Virus record (IMG/VR): IMGVR_UViG_3300028832_000096
DNA length: 64,000 nt
Reading direction: 5' to 3' (one strand)
Source: a virus
Lineage: Duplodnaviria > Caudoviricetes
The position numbers and the translations under genes are program-made. Below the pieces are notes generated by a model, which saw only the letters and a program-made list of their open reading frames with translations, made no database searches and was not told the DNA's origin. This document shows positions 29,736 to 39,259 of the stretch, in pieces; position 1 is the first letter of the stretch; each line of letters begins with the position of its first letter.

Positions 29736-30158
29736 TTACTTAGTGACTTCATTTACAATAACAATTCCGCCACCAGGATAAATTACATGTCGAATGCCCT
29801 GCTCATCATCGAATACAATTCTCTGTCCTGACTGCTCAGAAGAGAAATCAATATCAAACTTACCTTCATAATGAGCAATTACATCACCTTGCATATCATA
29901 AATAGTAAGTTCTCTTTGCAGACCATCACCGAACTCACTTCGCTGAGTTTTCAAGGCTCTCTGGCCAGAGGCTGTATTATTGTAATACCAAACCAAGCCT
30001 ACCCAAATTCCACATAGGATAATTACCGAAACGACAATGCCAATAATGCATATACTTACATGTTCGTGTGCTTCATGCAGATAAGATGCAATGAGACCGA
30101 TAGCAATCAGCGGTAATAGAGAAACAACGATACCTATAATGATGCCACTAACTGTCAT
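29736..30158 (-). CDS. Membrane protein with two TM helices
   Basis: Start MTVSG after GGAGGAGG; two hydrophobic segments, then a soluble domain. Confidence 0.7.
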   Translation of the reverse strand: MTVSGIIIGIVVSLLPLIAIGLIASYLHEAHEHVSICIIGIVVSVIILCGIWVGLVWYYNNTASGQRALKTQRSEFGDGLQRELTIYDMQGDVIAHYEGKFDIDFSSEQSGQRIVFDDEQGIRHVIYPGGGIVIVNEVTK

Positions 30159-30162
30159 AAGT

Positions 30163-30351
30163 TTAATCCTCCTCCATGAAATTCTGAAGTGTAGGCAAAC
30201 TGACTGCGAGGTCAAGTGCCTCCTCCAGTGAAATTGTATCCTGCTTGATAGCGAGCTTCAAACAACCTGCCTTAGTTGAATCGTCTGTGTTCTTATCTGT
30301 GAGAATTAGTATAAGCTTTGCGAGCTTTACTATCTTCTTATCTGTATCCAT
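30163..30351 (-). CDS. Hypothetical protein
   Basis: ORF with GGAGG RBS. Confidence 0.65.
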   Translation of the reverse strand: MDTDKKIVKLAKLILILTDKNTDDSTKAGCLKLAIKQDTISLEEALDLAVSLPTLQNFMEED

Positions 30352-30362
30352 ATGCGGCCTCC

Positions 30363-30668
30363 TTATCTAATATCTACTCTGCGGTAGGAACTAACCTTCT
30401 GAAAATCTGCTACTTTATCGCCTAAGAACGCCTTGAGCTTGTCGTTATCAAAAGGGTACTTAGTGATGAGGATACAAGATACCTTATAGTCATCGCCATA
30501 AACGATATAGGTCTGCTGGTCCTTACCACCACGTTCGCCTTTAGCTTCTGCGTATGCTGTGATTTCAGCATCAATCGCTTCTAACTTAGCTTCGAGCTTC
30601 TTCTTAAGAGATGACATCTTTCTCTTCTTCGCTACGAGTACATCAAGCTCTGCTTTGTTCTTGCACAT
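30363..30668 (-). CDS. Basic coiled-coil hypothetical protein
   Basis: ORF with AAGGAGG RBS and a class B promoter upstream. Confidence 0.7.
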   Translation of the reverse strand: MCKNKAELDVLVAKKRKMSSLKKKLEAKLEAIDAEITAYAEAKGERGGKDQQTYIVYGDDYKVSCILITKYPFDNDKLKAFLGDKVADFQKVSSYRRVDIR

Positions 30669-30713
30669 AATGATTTCCTCCTTGTGGAATGTTGATATGA
30701 ATTGATATGTTAT

Positions 30714-30722
30714 ATAACGATT
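30714..30722 (-). promoter_or_regulatory. Putative phage promoter AATCGTTAT (class B motif)
   Basis: One of 8 intergenic copies of ATAACGATT (+ strand). Confidence 0.6.
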
Positions 30723-30741
30723 CTGAATTAAAGATAACTGG

Positions 30742-32904
30742 TCAAGCTATCTTGAGCTTGACCAGGTCCTTCTTCTCTACGATAGTATCTGAGAGAGCCT
30801 TCTTACCTTCTACGATGTCATGTACATCTTCATCGTATGTGTTGTAAGACATGATGGTGTGGATAGTAACTGCGGACTTTGTGCCGATTCTGTGTGCTCT
30901 ATCGCAAGCCTGTTCCTTTGTTGCGTTGGTCCAAGGCTCATCTAAGAAGACTACTTCGGTTGCTGCTGTAAGTGTAAGACCTGTACCCATTGCACCTACT
31001 GTACCGAAGATAACCTTGACTGTATCGTCTGTCTGGAACTTGTTGACGATTGCCTGACGGTCTGCATCTTTTGTCTCGCCTGTGATGACGACGGGATTAT
31101 ACTTCTTCAGTCTCTCAACTGCAGGCTTGATGCCTTCTACCCAGTTGCTATAGACGATAACCTTAGTGCCTGAGTAGACTGCTTCTTCAACTATCTGCTC
31201 GAGACGGTCAAGCTTCGGATTCTTCTTAATGAAGTTGAAGGGGCCGATGCCGCCGGATACCTGACGAAGTCTCATCTTGATTGCGAGGAGGCAATCTGAA
31301 GAAACCTTATCGGAAAGCTCAGGGTCTGCGATTGCGTTATCGATAACCTGATTGTAGAGCTTCTTCTGTTCCTCTGTGAGTTCTACGTACTCGTTGGTGT
31401 AAATCTTCTCGGGAAGGTCAAGAACTTCACCCTTTGTTCTACGGAGCATGATTGCGCCAAGCTGGGAACGAAGCTGGTCTATGTTCTTGTAGCCTACTAC
31501 GCTACCCCACTGGTCCATGTAGCAGAAATGGTCTCTGAATGACCAGTAGCTGTAAGGCTGATAACCTAACCACTTGAGAATTGCGAAGAGGTCGAGAGGG
31601 CTGTTCATGAGAGGTGTACCTGTCATCGCGATTCTGTAGGTCGGCTGAAGCTGAAGCATGCCCTCGCCCTGCTGTGTGTTGAGATTCTTGCAACGGTGAA
31701 TCTCGTCTACTGCGACCATGTTGATTAAACCTGCTTCGCAAAGCTCCTTGAGCTTGAGGGATATCTCAGGATTTCTGAGGGACTCTATGTTAGTAATGAT
31801 GAAGTAAGAAGAATCGATGGTAGCATCGTGACCTAACTTGTTAAGGTCTGCAAGCTTCTCTGCGTTGCCTGCTACGTTGAGCTTGCCGGAACGCTTCATT
31901 GTGTACTGGCCGAGGATGTAACCCTTCTCGTCAGAATGCTTGCCGATTTCTTCGAGCCAATTCCACTTGAGAGAATTAACGCCGCATACGATAAGGCAGT
32001 GCTTGAAACCCATCGCCTTCTTGCGGATTACTGCTAAGTCGATAATCTGCTTGGTCTTACCTAAGCCCTGGTCATCAGCGAGAAGCCATCTGCTATGCTC
32101 TAAACCGTACTGGATACCTTCTACCTGATGATTCATCGGGTTGGTCTTGTAAGCGAAAGAAGCAGAAGAAACTTCTACCTTCTTAGGGAGAAGCTCCTCA
32201 CCGGAGATATTAAACTGGAAGCCAGGAAGTGCGGACTTGAGTTCGTCAAGCTCCCTGTACTCAATTTCCCAAGACTTGTTATCTGGATTCCAGAACCTAG
32301 CTCTGAGAGCCTTAACTGCAGCAACTGCGTCCTTGTTGTAATCGAAAGTGATGAAGACTGAATAATCGTCTGTGCATCTGACAGGCTTGCCGATACGAGC
32401 ATTGATTGTAGGCTCAGGCTTAATCTTCTGTACAGCGCCTTCAACCTTCTCAGGCTCCTCGGTTTCGAGCATCGGAAGGTCGTCAAGAGATACTTCGTAC
32501 TCTTCGTCATCGAGAATGGACGTGATTGCTGACTTTGCTATCCAGCCTTCCCAGACTGTGTTGACGAGCTTCTCGCGATAAGCAGCAATTGCTTCGTTGA
32601 GCTCTTCTTCTGAATCGAAGGGGTTGACGTATTCGTGACCACCGCAGATGGGACCTAAGCCGAAGTACTGAGAAATCTTGTTGGTGATAGGCCTACCGCA
32701 ATGCATGCATCTAAGTGTGATACGCTGCTTGATATCGCCGTGCAGCTTCATCTTGACCATGCCTCTTGTCTCGGCAAGCTTGCCCTCTGTGTACATGATA
32801 ATCAACGGCATCGGAATGTCGTTGTTCCTTGACTTCATGAAATCGAAACCGTCGGAAGACTTCTGTGTCATCCAGGACTTAACTTCTATCTGAAACTCTT
32901 TCAT
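30742..32904 (-). CDS. SNF2/SWI2-family helicase with N-terminal Zn finger and HARP-like domain
   Basis: DDQGLGKT, DEIH, TGTP, LRRTK, GLTL...QACDRAHRIG; CMHCGR...GLGPIC; AVKAL..RFWNPDNKSW. Confidence 0.92.
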   Translation of the reverse strand: MKEFQIEVKSWMTQKSSDGFDFMKSRNNDIPMPLIIMYTEGKLAETRGMVKMKLHGDIKQRITLRCMHCGRPITNKISQYFGLGPICGGHEYVNPFDSEEELNEAIAAYREKLVNTVWEGWIAKSAITSILDDEEYEVSLDDLPMLETEEPEKVEGAVQKIKPEPTINARIGKPVRCTDDYSVFITFDYNKDAVAAVKALRARFWNPDNKSWEIEYRELDELKSALPGFQFNISGEELLPKKVEVSSASFAYKTNPMNHQVEGIQYGLEHSRWLLADDQGLGKTKQIIDLAVIRKKAMGFKHCLIVCGVNSLKWNWLEEIGKHSDEKGYILGQYTMKRSGKLNVAGNAEKLADLNKLGHDATIDSSYFIITNIESLRNPEISLKLKELCEAGLINMVAVDEIHRCKNLNTQQGEGMLQLQPTYRIAMTGTPLMNSPLDLFAILKWLGYQPYSYWSFRDHFCYMDQWGSVVGYKNIDQLRSQLGAIMLRRTKGEVLDLPEKIYTNEYVELTEEQKKLYNQVIDNAIADPELSDKVSSDCLLAIKMRLRQVSGGIGPFNFIKKNPKLDRLEQIVEEAVYSGTKVIVYSNWVEGIKPAVERLKKYNPVVITGETKDADRQAIVNKFQTDDTVKVIFGTVGAMGTGLTLTAATEVVFLDEPWTNATKEQACDRAHRIGTKSAVTIHTIMSYNTYDEDVHDIVEGKKALSDTIVEKKDLVKLKIA

Positions 32905-33074
32905 ATGCTACCTCCTAGTGGACTCTTGATGTGTGGTAGAATTGCCATAATGATATTATAATTATAAGATAGGTTAGTAGAAATTAAAAGAGAATCTTTT
33001 AAAAATTCTCTGATTATTTGAAAATTAATAAATAATTAATAAATTATCATTTATTATTATAACGATTTAAACAT

Positions 33075-33170
33075 AAATAAACCTACCACTGCTAACCCTT
33101 CAGTGGTAGGCTTTGTCTGTGAGCCGTAGGAGGTTGCTTCACATAACAGTAACAGAACCTTTGAAACTGT
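33075..33170 (-). ncRNA. Candidate small RNA with an anti-SD loop
   Basis: Class B promoter at 33180-33186; no ORF; hairpin TGTGA(A)GC-AACCTCCTACG-GCTCACA; terminator at 33082-33110. Confidence 0.45.
33082..33110 (-). terminator. Intrinsic terminator
   Basis: CCTACCACTG/CAGTGGTAGG 10-bp stem plus T-rich tail. Confidence 0.75.
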
Positions 33171-33187
33171 GATGTATATAACGATTT

Positions 33188-33388
33188 TTACTTTCCTAAA
33201 AATCTACTCCAATCACAGCCTGATTTTATGAAATTATCTACATCATCAAAATAAGCAAATGTAGAAAATCCATTAGGGATACTTCTATCAGGAATACTAA
33301 AAGATAATCCCGATTTTGATTCGCAATCTACTTCGACTGTTACATCGTATCCTTTATACTTAAATGTGTTGCGTTCCTTGTCCGTCAT
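33188..33388 (-). CDS. Hypothetical protein
   Basis: 66-aa ORF with a weak RBS. Confidence 0.5.
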   Translation of the reverse strand: MTDKERNTFKYKGYDVTVEVDCESKSGLSFSIPDRSIPNGFSTFAYFDDVDNFIKSGCDWSRFLGK

Positions 33389-33500
33389 CTTTATTTATAT
33401 TTCCATCGTCTTGATTTGCAATTACAAAGTTTAACCAATATTCGAGTTCTTCTTCTGTCATACTGTTTATCTCCCATCTTGATAACTTAATAAAAATAAA

Positions 33501-33526
33501 GGGCAAGTAACTTTCGCTACTTGCCC
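33501..33526 (-). terminator. Intrinsic terminator after the sheath gene
   Basis: GGGCAAGTA/TACTTGCCC stem plus TTTATTTT. Confidence 0.8.
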
Positions 33527-33545
33527 TGTTGTGATTAAGTTATGA

Positions 33546-35783
33546 TTAGGTTGCAGTAAGAGCAGCAGACTGAGGAAGTGCGATAAGGTCGATGGTGATA
33601 TCTTCGATAACGCCTGCGGTCCTGATAACAATCTTACCGATGACGGAGTTAGCATTGACGGAATCAAGTCCGTTGATGTCAGCTGCCATCGTGACATAGT
33701 AACCAGGGTCGTCAAGGTCTGTTCTACCAGGTACGTCTGCACCCTTAACAAGTGCACCGAGGTTAGACATTGAGTCAAGAATCGGTGTAACACCTGCGTA
33801 GAATCTATCATAAGCATTTGCGTTGCTATACTGATATGTGATTCCGATACCTACTCTATAAACTACATCCTGAATTGCGTTGAAGATATATCTTGTAGAG
33901 AGGTTTGCAAGAGCCTGATATGTTGCAGGAGGTACTTCAAATAATGTTGAGTTGCCCCAGATACCTGCACCTACTTCAGGGAGGTTTGTAATGACGTTAA
34001 GTCTGCAACCTTCTCTTGACTGCCACTTGTCTAAGAGGTCTTCAGGAATTGTGTAATCAAGCTTGCCGAGGTTGAAATTGGTCTTTCTAATTGTAGGAAG
34101 TGCCCACTCATACTGATTAGCCTGATTGAGAATCATTGACCTTGTAATCATAAGTGCAAGGAACGAAGGCGTAGCAGGTGCCGGTCTAGATGTTCCAACG
34201 TATGTATACTGACCCCAAGGAGCAAAGAGTGCAGAAGACGATGTGAAGAGACCTGTCTGACTTGCTAAATCATCCGAAGGTGTATATCTGCAAAGCTTCT
34301 GTACGTAACCTTCCTTTGTAGAATCTGAAGAATCAATCCAAACACCATCACGAGCTAAGCTCTTCGGAATGTCGAGAAGTGCTGTTGCGCATCTGCTGTT
34401 GTAAGCAACGTCCATCAGCTTAATGTGCATAGGTGAAAGATTGCCGAAACGCTGCTTAGGTTCTGTATCACCGAACTCGTAGAAGTTCTGGTCGTCCCAA
34501 GGAGAAATAACTCTGTTAGGATTATAAGTAAGCTTGTCCTTGAGCAGGTCTAATACCTTTGTAGCATAGCTGAATGTCCACTCTCTGAATCTAAGGGCAT
34601 AAGCTACGTTCTTGTCCTTAAGGTTAGTCTTAAGGTAGTTGAATGCTGTAATATAATCGATGTTAGCTAAAGCAGTATCTAACAATGCGTATCTAATCTT
34701 AGCATAATCCTGAGCTGCAGTAACGATATCAGCAATTTCATCTTCATCGTTCTGAGCTGCTGTATCTGAACCGCCTCCAAGCTGAATTGTAGGAACAACC
34801 GATGTTTCTGTGCCAACAAGTGTACTTTCCTCGTTAAGTCCCTTGAAGTTTGTGAATACGATGTAGTTAGACTCAACCTCACTTATATGAAGGATGTTAT
34901 CTGTAGCATTATCTACATCAAATACAAATGTGAGATTCTCAAGAGATGTTCTTACCTTAGAAGCATCTACTGCATAAACAATAGCGTTCCAATATGTAGT
35001 ACCTGCAGACTCAATCTTCTTAAGTGTTACTACAAGATTGTTACCGAATGTACCGGGATACTTTGCCTGGATATCAAGAGTATCTCCGCCGATGTTTACC
35101 TTTTCGTAATAGGTGTCTGCTACAAATGTAGGAGCAACTGTCTCTGTACCATCTTTTACATAATATTTAGTATAATTGGTTGCCCAATCGTCAGGCGCTT
35201 CACTCAGGAGCACATATTCATTATCTTCAAGTTCGTAATAGGTATCTACTGCAAATGTAGGAGCAGTTTCTCCTGTAACATGTACATACTTATCCTGAAC
35301 TACACCCTGTACTGCTACATAATCATCGCCGCTCTTTGTATAGTAACTTGCGTAATTATCTGCCCAATCATCAGGCGCAGAAGTTAATAAGTTGTACTCA
35401 AAAGAATCAGCTTCTGTAAACTGACCTAAAGCAGTTGCACCAGGGCAGAGTCTGCAAACAAGTACATCATATCCATTTGAAATGAGCGAAAGAGCTACCT
35501 GATAGGAATAATCCTTTGCTCTTCTGTAGTTGGAAGCAGGTCCTCTGAATGTTGCTACAAAAGACTGCAAACCGGTCTGTGTTGAGTTGAACCTTGTCCA
35601 TACAGTGTCTTCGAGTTCCAGCTTCAGTTTTTCCTCGTCGGTATAATCACCAGGAATATTACTCGGGTCTTCAAATGCGGGGCCCCAGCAAGCGGTGATA
35701 GGCAAGGCTACTGTGCAGTAGCTGGAATTGGTAACATTAATCGAATAGTTGTTGGAGATAGGATTAACTGTTATCTTTGCCAT
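33546..35783 (-). CDS. Tail sheath protein
   Basis: WGP, AKYPGTFGNNL, ALLDIP, ALFAPW, IWGNSTL...NLSTRY and IEDITIDL; codon usage consistent with high expression. Confidence 0.9.
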   Translation of the reverse strand: MAKITVNPISNNYSINVTNSSYCTVALPITACWGPAFEDPSNIPGDYTDEEKLKLELEDTVWTRFNSTQTGLQSFVATFRGPASNYRRAKDYSYQVALSLISNGYDVLVCRLCPGATALGQFTEADSFEYNLLTSAPDDWADNYASYYTKSGDDYVAVQGVVQDKYVHVTGETAPTFAVDTYYELEDNEYVLLSEAPDDWATNYTKYYVKDGTETVAPTFVADTYYEKVNIGGDTLDIQAKYPGTFGNNLVVTLKKIESAGTTYWNAIVYAVDASKVRTSLENLTFVFDVDNATDNILHISEVESNYIVFTNFKGLNEESTLVGTETSVVPTIQLGGGSDTAAQNDEDEIADIVTAAQDYAKIRYALLDTALANIDYITAFNYLKTNLKDKNVAYALRFREWTFSYATKVLDLLKDKLTYNPNRVISPWDDQNFYEFGDTEPKQRFGNLSPMHIKLMDVAYNSRCATALLDIPKSLARDGVWIDSSDSTKEGYVQKLCRYTPSDDLASQTGLFTSSSALFAPWGQYTYVGTSRPAPATPSFLALMITRSMILNQANQYEWALPTIRKTNFNLGKLDYTIPEDLLDKWQSREGCRLNVITNLPEVGAGIWGNSTLFEVPPATYQALANLSTRYIFNAIQDVVYRVGIGITYQYSNANAYDRFYAGVTPILDSMSNLGALVKGADVPGRTDLDDPGYYVTMAADINGLDSVNANSVIGKIVIRTAGVIEDITIDLIALPQSAALTAT

Positions 35784-35800
35784 GTGTCTTCCTCCTAAAA

Positions 35801-36052
35801 TTATTGCTGTTTTGGTTTTCTATTATATTGTCTTTTCTGCGGTTTCTCTTGTGCATTTGATTCTGTTGCCTTAGGCTTCTCTTCCTTAGGTAAAGTAATT
35901 GTTGCTTTAGGAGCAGACGCAGCAGGAACTTCTTTTACTCTAATCATCTTAACATGATTAATGTAACCAGGAACTTCCTTAATATCATTCGGGTTGAATG
36001 TTACACCGTAGAAAATCAATGGTTGAGTTGAAACATTTTTATATTTAAGCAT
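35801..36052 (-). CDS. Small basic protein upstream of the sheath
   Basis: ORF with GAGGT RBS and a class A promoter. Confidence 0.7.
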   Translation of the reverse strand: MLKYKNVSTQPLIFYGVTFNPNDIKEVPGYINHVKMIRVKEVPAASAPKATITLPKEEKPKATESNAQEKPQKRQYNRKPKQQ

Positions 36053-36091
36053 AAAAAGTACCTCTATTTTAAATAAGGTTAAAGATTGTAC

Positions 36092-37024
36092 TTACTCTGG
36101 ATATGTTTCTTGAGTAAGCTCTTCTGTTGTCATATACTGAATAGGTTTAACTATAGAGAAGTAAATTTTCTTTAACCTATATGTATAACGCAATGCTCTA
36201 GTTACCTGAGTTTCAGAGAAATTATCTTCACTGCCCTCTCTATCGCGGCATGATAACCAATTAAATGTGTAGAATTTATCTGTTTGAGATTCTACTTTTA
36301 TCCAGCCAGTGCCATCTACACCTTTTGCGTTAGAATAATCACTCCATCTGTCGTAAGATTCTTCTCTGTGAATCTTTACTTTAATCCAAGTGTCTTTGCC
36401 AATTATTCTAGTAACATCGTAGTTATCAATTTTTTCATCCCAAGAACGTGTATCCATGTAACCAGGATTAGGTGTAGTCATGTAATCTTCTTCTTTAGGT
36501 ACTTCATTGTTAACTTTGCGAAGCAATGTATCCCAGTCGATAACCTCTATCTTACTGAATAACTCATAAGTAGCTTTCATAACCTCAAAGTCATCAGCTT
36601 CAAGTAATTCAGTTCTAATCTGAGGTTCCTTGCGAAGACTCAATGTCTCTGTATTATAATCGAAATATAAATAGATATAGTAAGTCCAATAAAATCCTCT
36701 AAAATCATTACTATAGCTCTTAGCGTTACGATACCTTGTAGGGTTATCTGCTTTTGGAGAACGATAACTCATATAGATAAAATAAGTGTTTCCACGACTA
36801 GTATATGAATCATGCTTTACTTCAAATACTGCACCTGGAAGTTTTGCTAAATCGTATGCAACAAGTGATTTAAGCTCTTCAGCTACTTTGTTGATATAAT
36901 TATCGGAATCTTCCTTGAATTTTGCCTTTTCAGATTCCCAGGCAGTTTTCTGCTCATTGTACTTCCGTACATAAGCATCTTTTTCACGAAGTAATCTTGT
37001 TCTTTCAGAAGCTCTAATAATCAT
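36092..37024 (-). CDS. Hypothetical protein with MIIRAS leader
   Basis: Likely start at 37024 (GAGGG RBS). Confidence 0.7.
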   Translation of the reverse strand: MIIRASERTRLLREKDAYVRKYNEQKTAWESEKAKFKEDSDNYINKVAEELKSLVAYDLAKLPGAVFEVKHDSYTSRGNTYFIYMSYRSPKADNPTRYRNAKSYSNDFRGFYWTYYIYLYFDYNTETLSLRKEPQIRTELLEADDFEVMKATYELFSKIEVIDWDTLLRKVNNEVPKEEDYMTTPNPGYMDTRSWDEKIDNYDVTRIIGKDTWIKVKIHREESYDRWSDYSNAKGVDGTGWIKVESQTDKFYTFNWLSCRDREGSEDNFSETQVTRALRYTYRLKKIYFSIVKPIQYMTTEELTQETYPE

Positions 37025-37025
37025 A

Positions 37026-37292
37026 TCAAATACCCTCGTAATCAAAGATTTGAGTGATATCGTCATCAGAATAACCTAAATCGGAAAGTCGACGATATAT
37101 GTATGCTTTAGCATCATCCTTGTTCGGAAATAGTGCAATAGCTTCATCTTTTATAGAGTCAATTTTCTCTAATTCATCAGGATTGAAACTACAAGTAATG
37201 TCAGTGGCACTTGTAATTTCCTCATCAGACTTGAATTGGCTCATCCTTAATTTAAGTGCTGCTAAGAAATCAGATACATTATCATATATCAT
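37026..37292 (-). CDS. Hypothetical protein
   Basis: 88 aa; internal ITSA and ITCS motifs. Confidence 0.65.
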   Translation of the reverse strand: MIYDNVSDFLAALKLRMSQFKSDEEITSATDITCSFNPDELEKIDSIKDEAIALFPNKDDAKAYIYRRLSDLGYSDDDITQIFDYEGI

Positions 37293-37293
37293 A

Positions 37294-38949
37294 TTATTCT
37301 ACCTCGTATTCTTTACCTTCAGTAGTCTTTATCTTTACATAACCTTTGTTCTTCTTTATCAACTGAGGGCACTTCTTTTCATCGCAGATAAGTGTGCCTA
37401 TGTTATAGAACTCATAAGGTTCATCATCTTTTTCCCACTTGATGGTAATATTAGGACAATCATCAAATACAGATTCACCTAATGTTGTTTTAGGATAGAT
37501 AGTTACTGTACCTGCATAATCATTATCAGCAAATGAGTAGTTACCTAAATGAGCTCCGTTAGGATTAATGTCGATTGATTTTAAGAACTTGCAATTTCTA
37601 AATGCGTTACTACCAATTTGAACTGCGCTTCTTAAATCAATAGTTTCTAACTTAGAACCAGAGAAAGCACCGGCACCAATAACTGTTGCATTGTTTAAAT
37701 CAAAATTAGTGAAGAATGTTCCTTGGAATGCGTGTTTAGGAATCTTAGTAACGCCACCAGGAATCTTAATAGCTTTACCATCTTCACCTACACCGGCACC
37801 GTTAAATATCTTTACGCCGATACGAGTTACGCTATCAGGTAACTGTTCCTCTAATGAAGCGCAATCTTCAAAACATCCTTCAAGTACATTCTTGAGATTT
37901 GAACTGTGCTTGATGTGCTTAAGGTTTTCGCAACTAGCGAATGCATATTCTGAATAAGTAACGACGCTATCAGGAATTTCAATAGACTCTAAAGAAGTGC
38001 AGTTCCAAAAAGCCCTTCTAGGAATTGATGTGATTGTATTAGGAAGCTTGACAGATTTCAAATTAATGCAGTTATAGAATATCTCATTGCGCAATTTTGT
38101 AAGGCTGTCAGGAAGTACAATCTTTTCAACAGATTGAGGGAATTTTGCTTCAGGCAAAGCAGTCATTTCATCAGGAACTATAATTTCTGTAGCATCATCT
38201 GCAAAGCCCAAAACAGTCGATGCTCTATACTGAATTCCGTTTTCAGTCTTAAGCTCAAAGAACTTAGAAATAGCAGGATGTTCTTCGCAGAACTTATAAA
38301 AAGCATCCATGCCCTGAGAGTCATCATGTATGTCGTACCAAGAGTTACTCTCAAAATGTAATTGATACTTCTCGTTATAATCAGAAGTATTGATAAAGAC
38401 ATAGAGAGGGCCCTTGCGGGTGTAACTATTATAGTAATAAGGGTCACCTTCGTATGCTGTGCACCAAGTGGCCTTTGTTCCACCTACACGAGCAAGTGAA
38501 ACAGAACCAGGATAAGTAAGAGGAGTCCAAACTTCCCAAGGGCCGTCCTCAACTAAGAATTTTTTATCAACGTCACTTGCATGATGTGCTTGTTTCTTAA
38601 GCAGCTTAGCTTTTTCTTTTTCAGTAAGTTCTCTGTTACCTACTGCTTCAGTATCTGTTAAGAACTCATCTACTGTTTTATATTGGTTAAGGTCATTCTT
38701 AGGATATATCTTGTAATTCTGCAAGAAATAACCTAATGCATCTTTTACATTAGTATACTGTTCCTTAGTAAGATTGCCTTTCTTAATTTGTCGAAATAAC
38801 CAAGGACAATATTTACCTCCCTTGCCTGCTTCAAAATTAGCAGAAGGGTCTAATTCAACAACTTCCTGAAATTCAGAATCTTCTAAATCCGGAGCATCTT
38901 GCTCTTTGAGTTGTTGCAGTGTCTTTGCGGCTCTGATGTAAAATTTCAT
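37294..38949 (-). CDS. BspA-type leucine-rich repeat protein with N-terminal WCT domain and MKFYIRAA leader
   Basis: LPxxxTxIxxxAFxxCxxLxxIxIP repeats (LRR_5); ATWCTA motif. Confidence 0.85.
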   Translation of the reverse strand: MKFYIRAAKTLQQLKEQDAPDLEDSEFQEVVELDPSANFEAGKGGKYCPWLFRQIKKGNLTKEQYTNVKDALGYFLQNYKIYPKNDLNQYKTVDEFLTDTEAVGNRELTEKEKAKLLKKQAHHASDVDKKFLVEDGPWEVWTPLTYPGSVSLARVGGTKATWCTAYEGDPYYYNSYTRKGPLYVFINTSDYNEKYQLHFESNSWYDIHDDSQGMDAFYKFCEEHPAISKFFELKTENGIQYRASTVLGFADDATEIIVPDEMTALPEAKFPQSVEKIVLPDSLTKLRNEIFYNCINLKSVKLPNTITSIPRRAFWNCTSLESIEIPDSVVTYSEYAFASCENLKHIKHSSNLKNVLEGCFEDCASLEEQLPDSVTRIGVKIFNGAGVGEDGKAIKIPGGVTKIPKHAFQGTFFTNFDLNNATVIGAGAFSGSKLETIDLRSAVQIGSNAFRNCKFLKSIDINPNGAHLGNYSFADNDYAGTVTIYPKTTLGESVFDDCPNITIKWEKDDEPYEFYNIGTLICDEKKCPQLIKKNKGYVKIKTTEGKEYEVE

Positions 38950-39251
38950 TATCTGTCACCTTCACTTAGTGTTGTTTGAATATGCCTAATCATCATCTCT
39001 GTATCAATAGGATAGTTAAGCGTAGTATTTACCGCTTTTACTAAGTTATCGGATACATGGATTTTATACAATGATAAAAGGTTAGCGCGATTAAATCGCT
39101 CAACAAATAGAATTACAACCCTATCTATCAACCGGTCTTTATTCTTATAGTCCTTAGATAGAATGGATTGTAAATCTAAAATTACTGAATCAAACTCGTC
39201 TAGAGTTTTATGTGAAAAATAAGTTAATGGCCAAGCGCTAACAGATGCCAT
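38949..39251 (-). CDS. Hypothetical protein
   Basis: 100-aa ORF, translationally coupled to the next gene. Confidence 0.6.
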   Translation of the reverse strand: MASVSAWPLTYFSHKTLDEFDSVILDLQSILSKDYKNKDRLIDRVVILFVERFNRANLLSLYKIHVSDNLVKAVNTTLNYPIDTEMMIRHIQTTLSEGDR

Positions 39252-39259
39252 ATTTCCTC

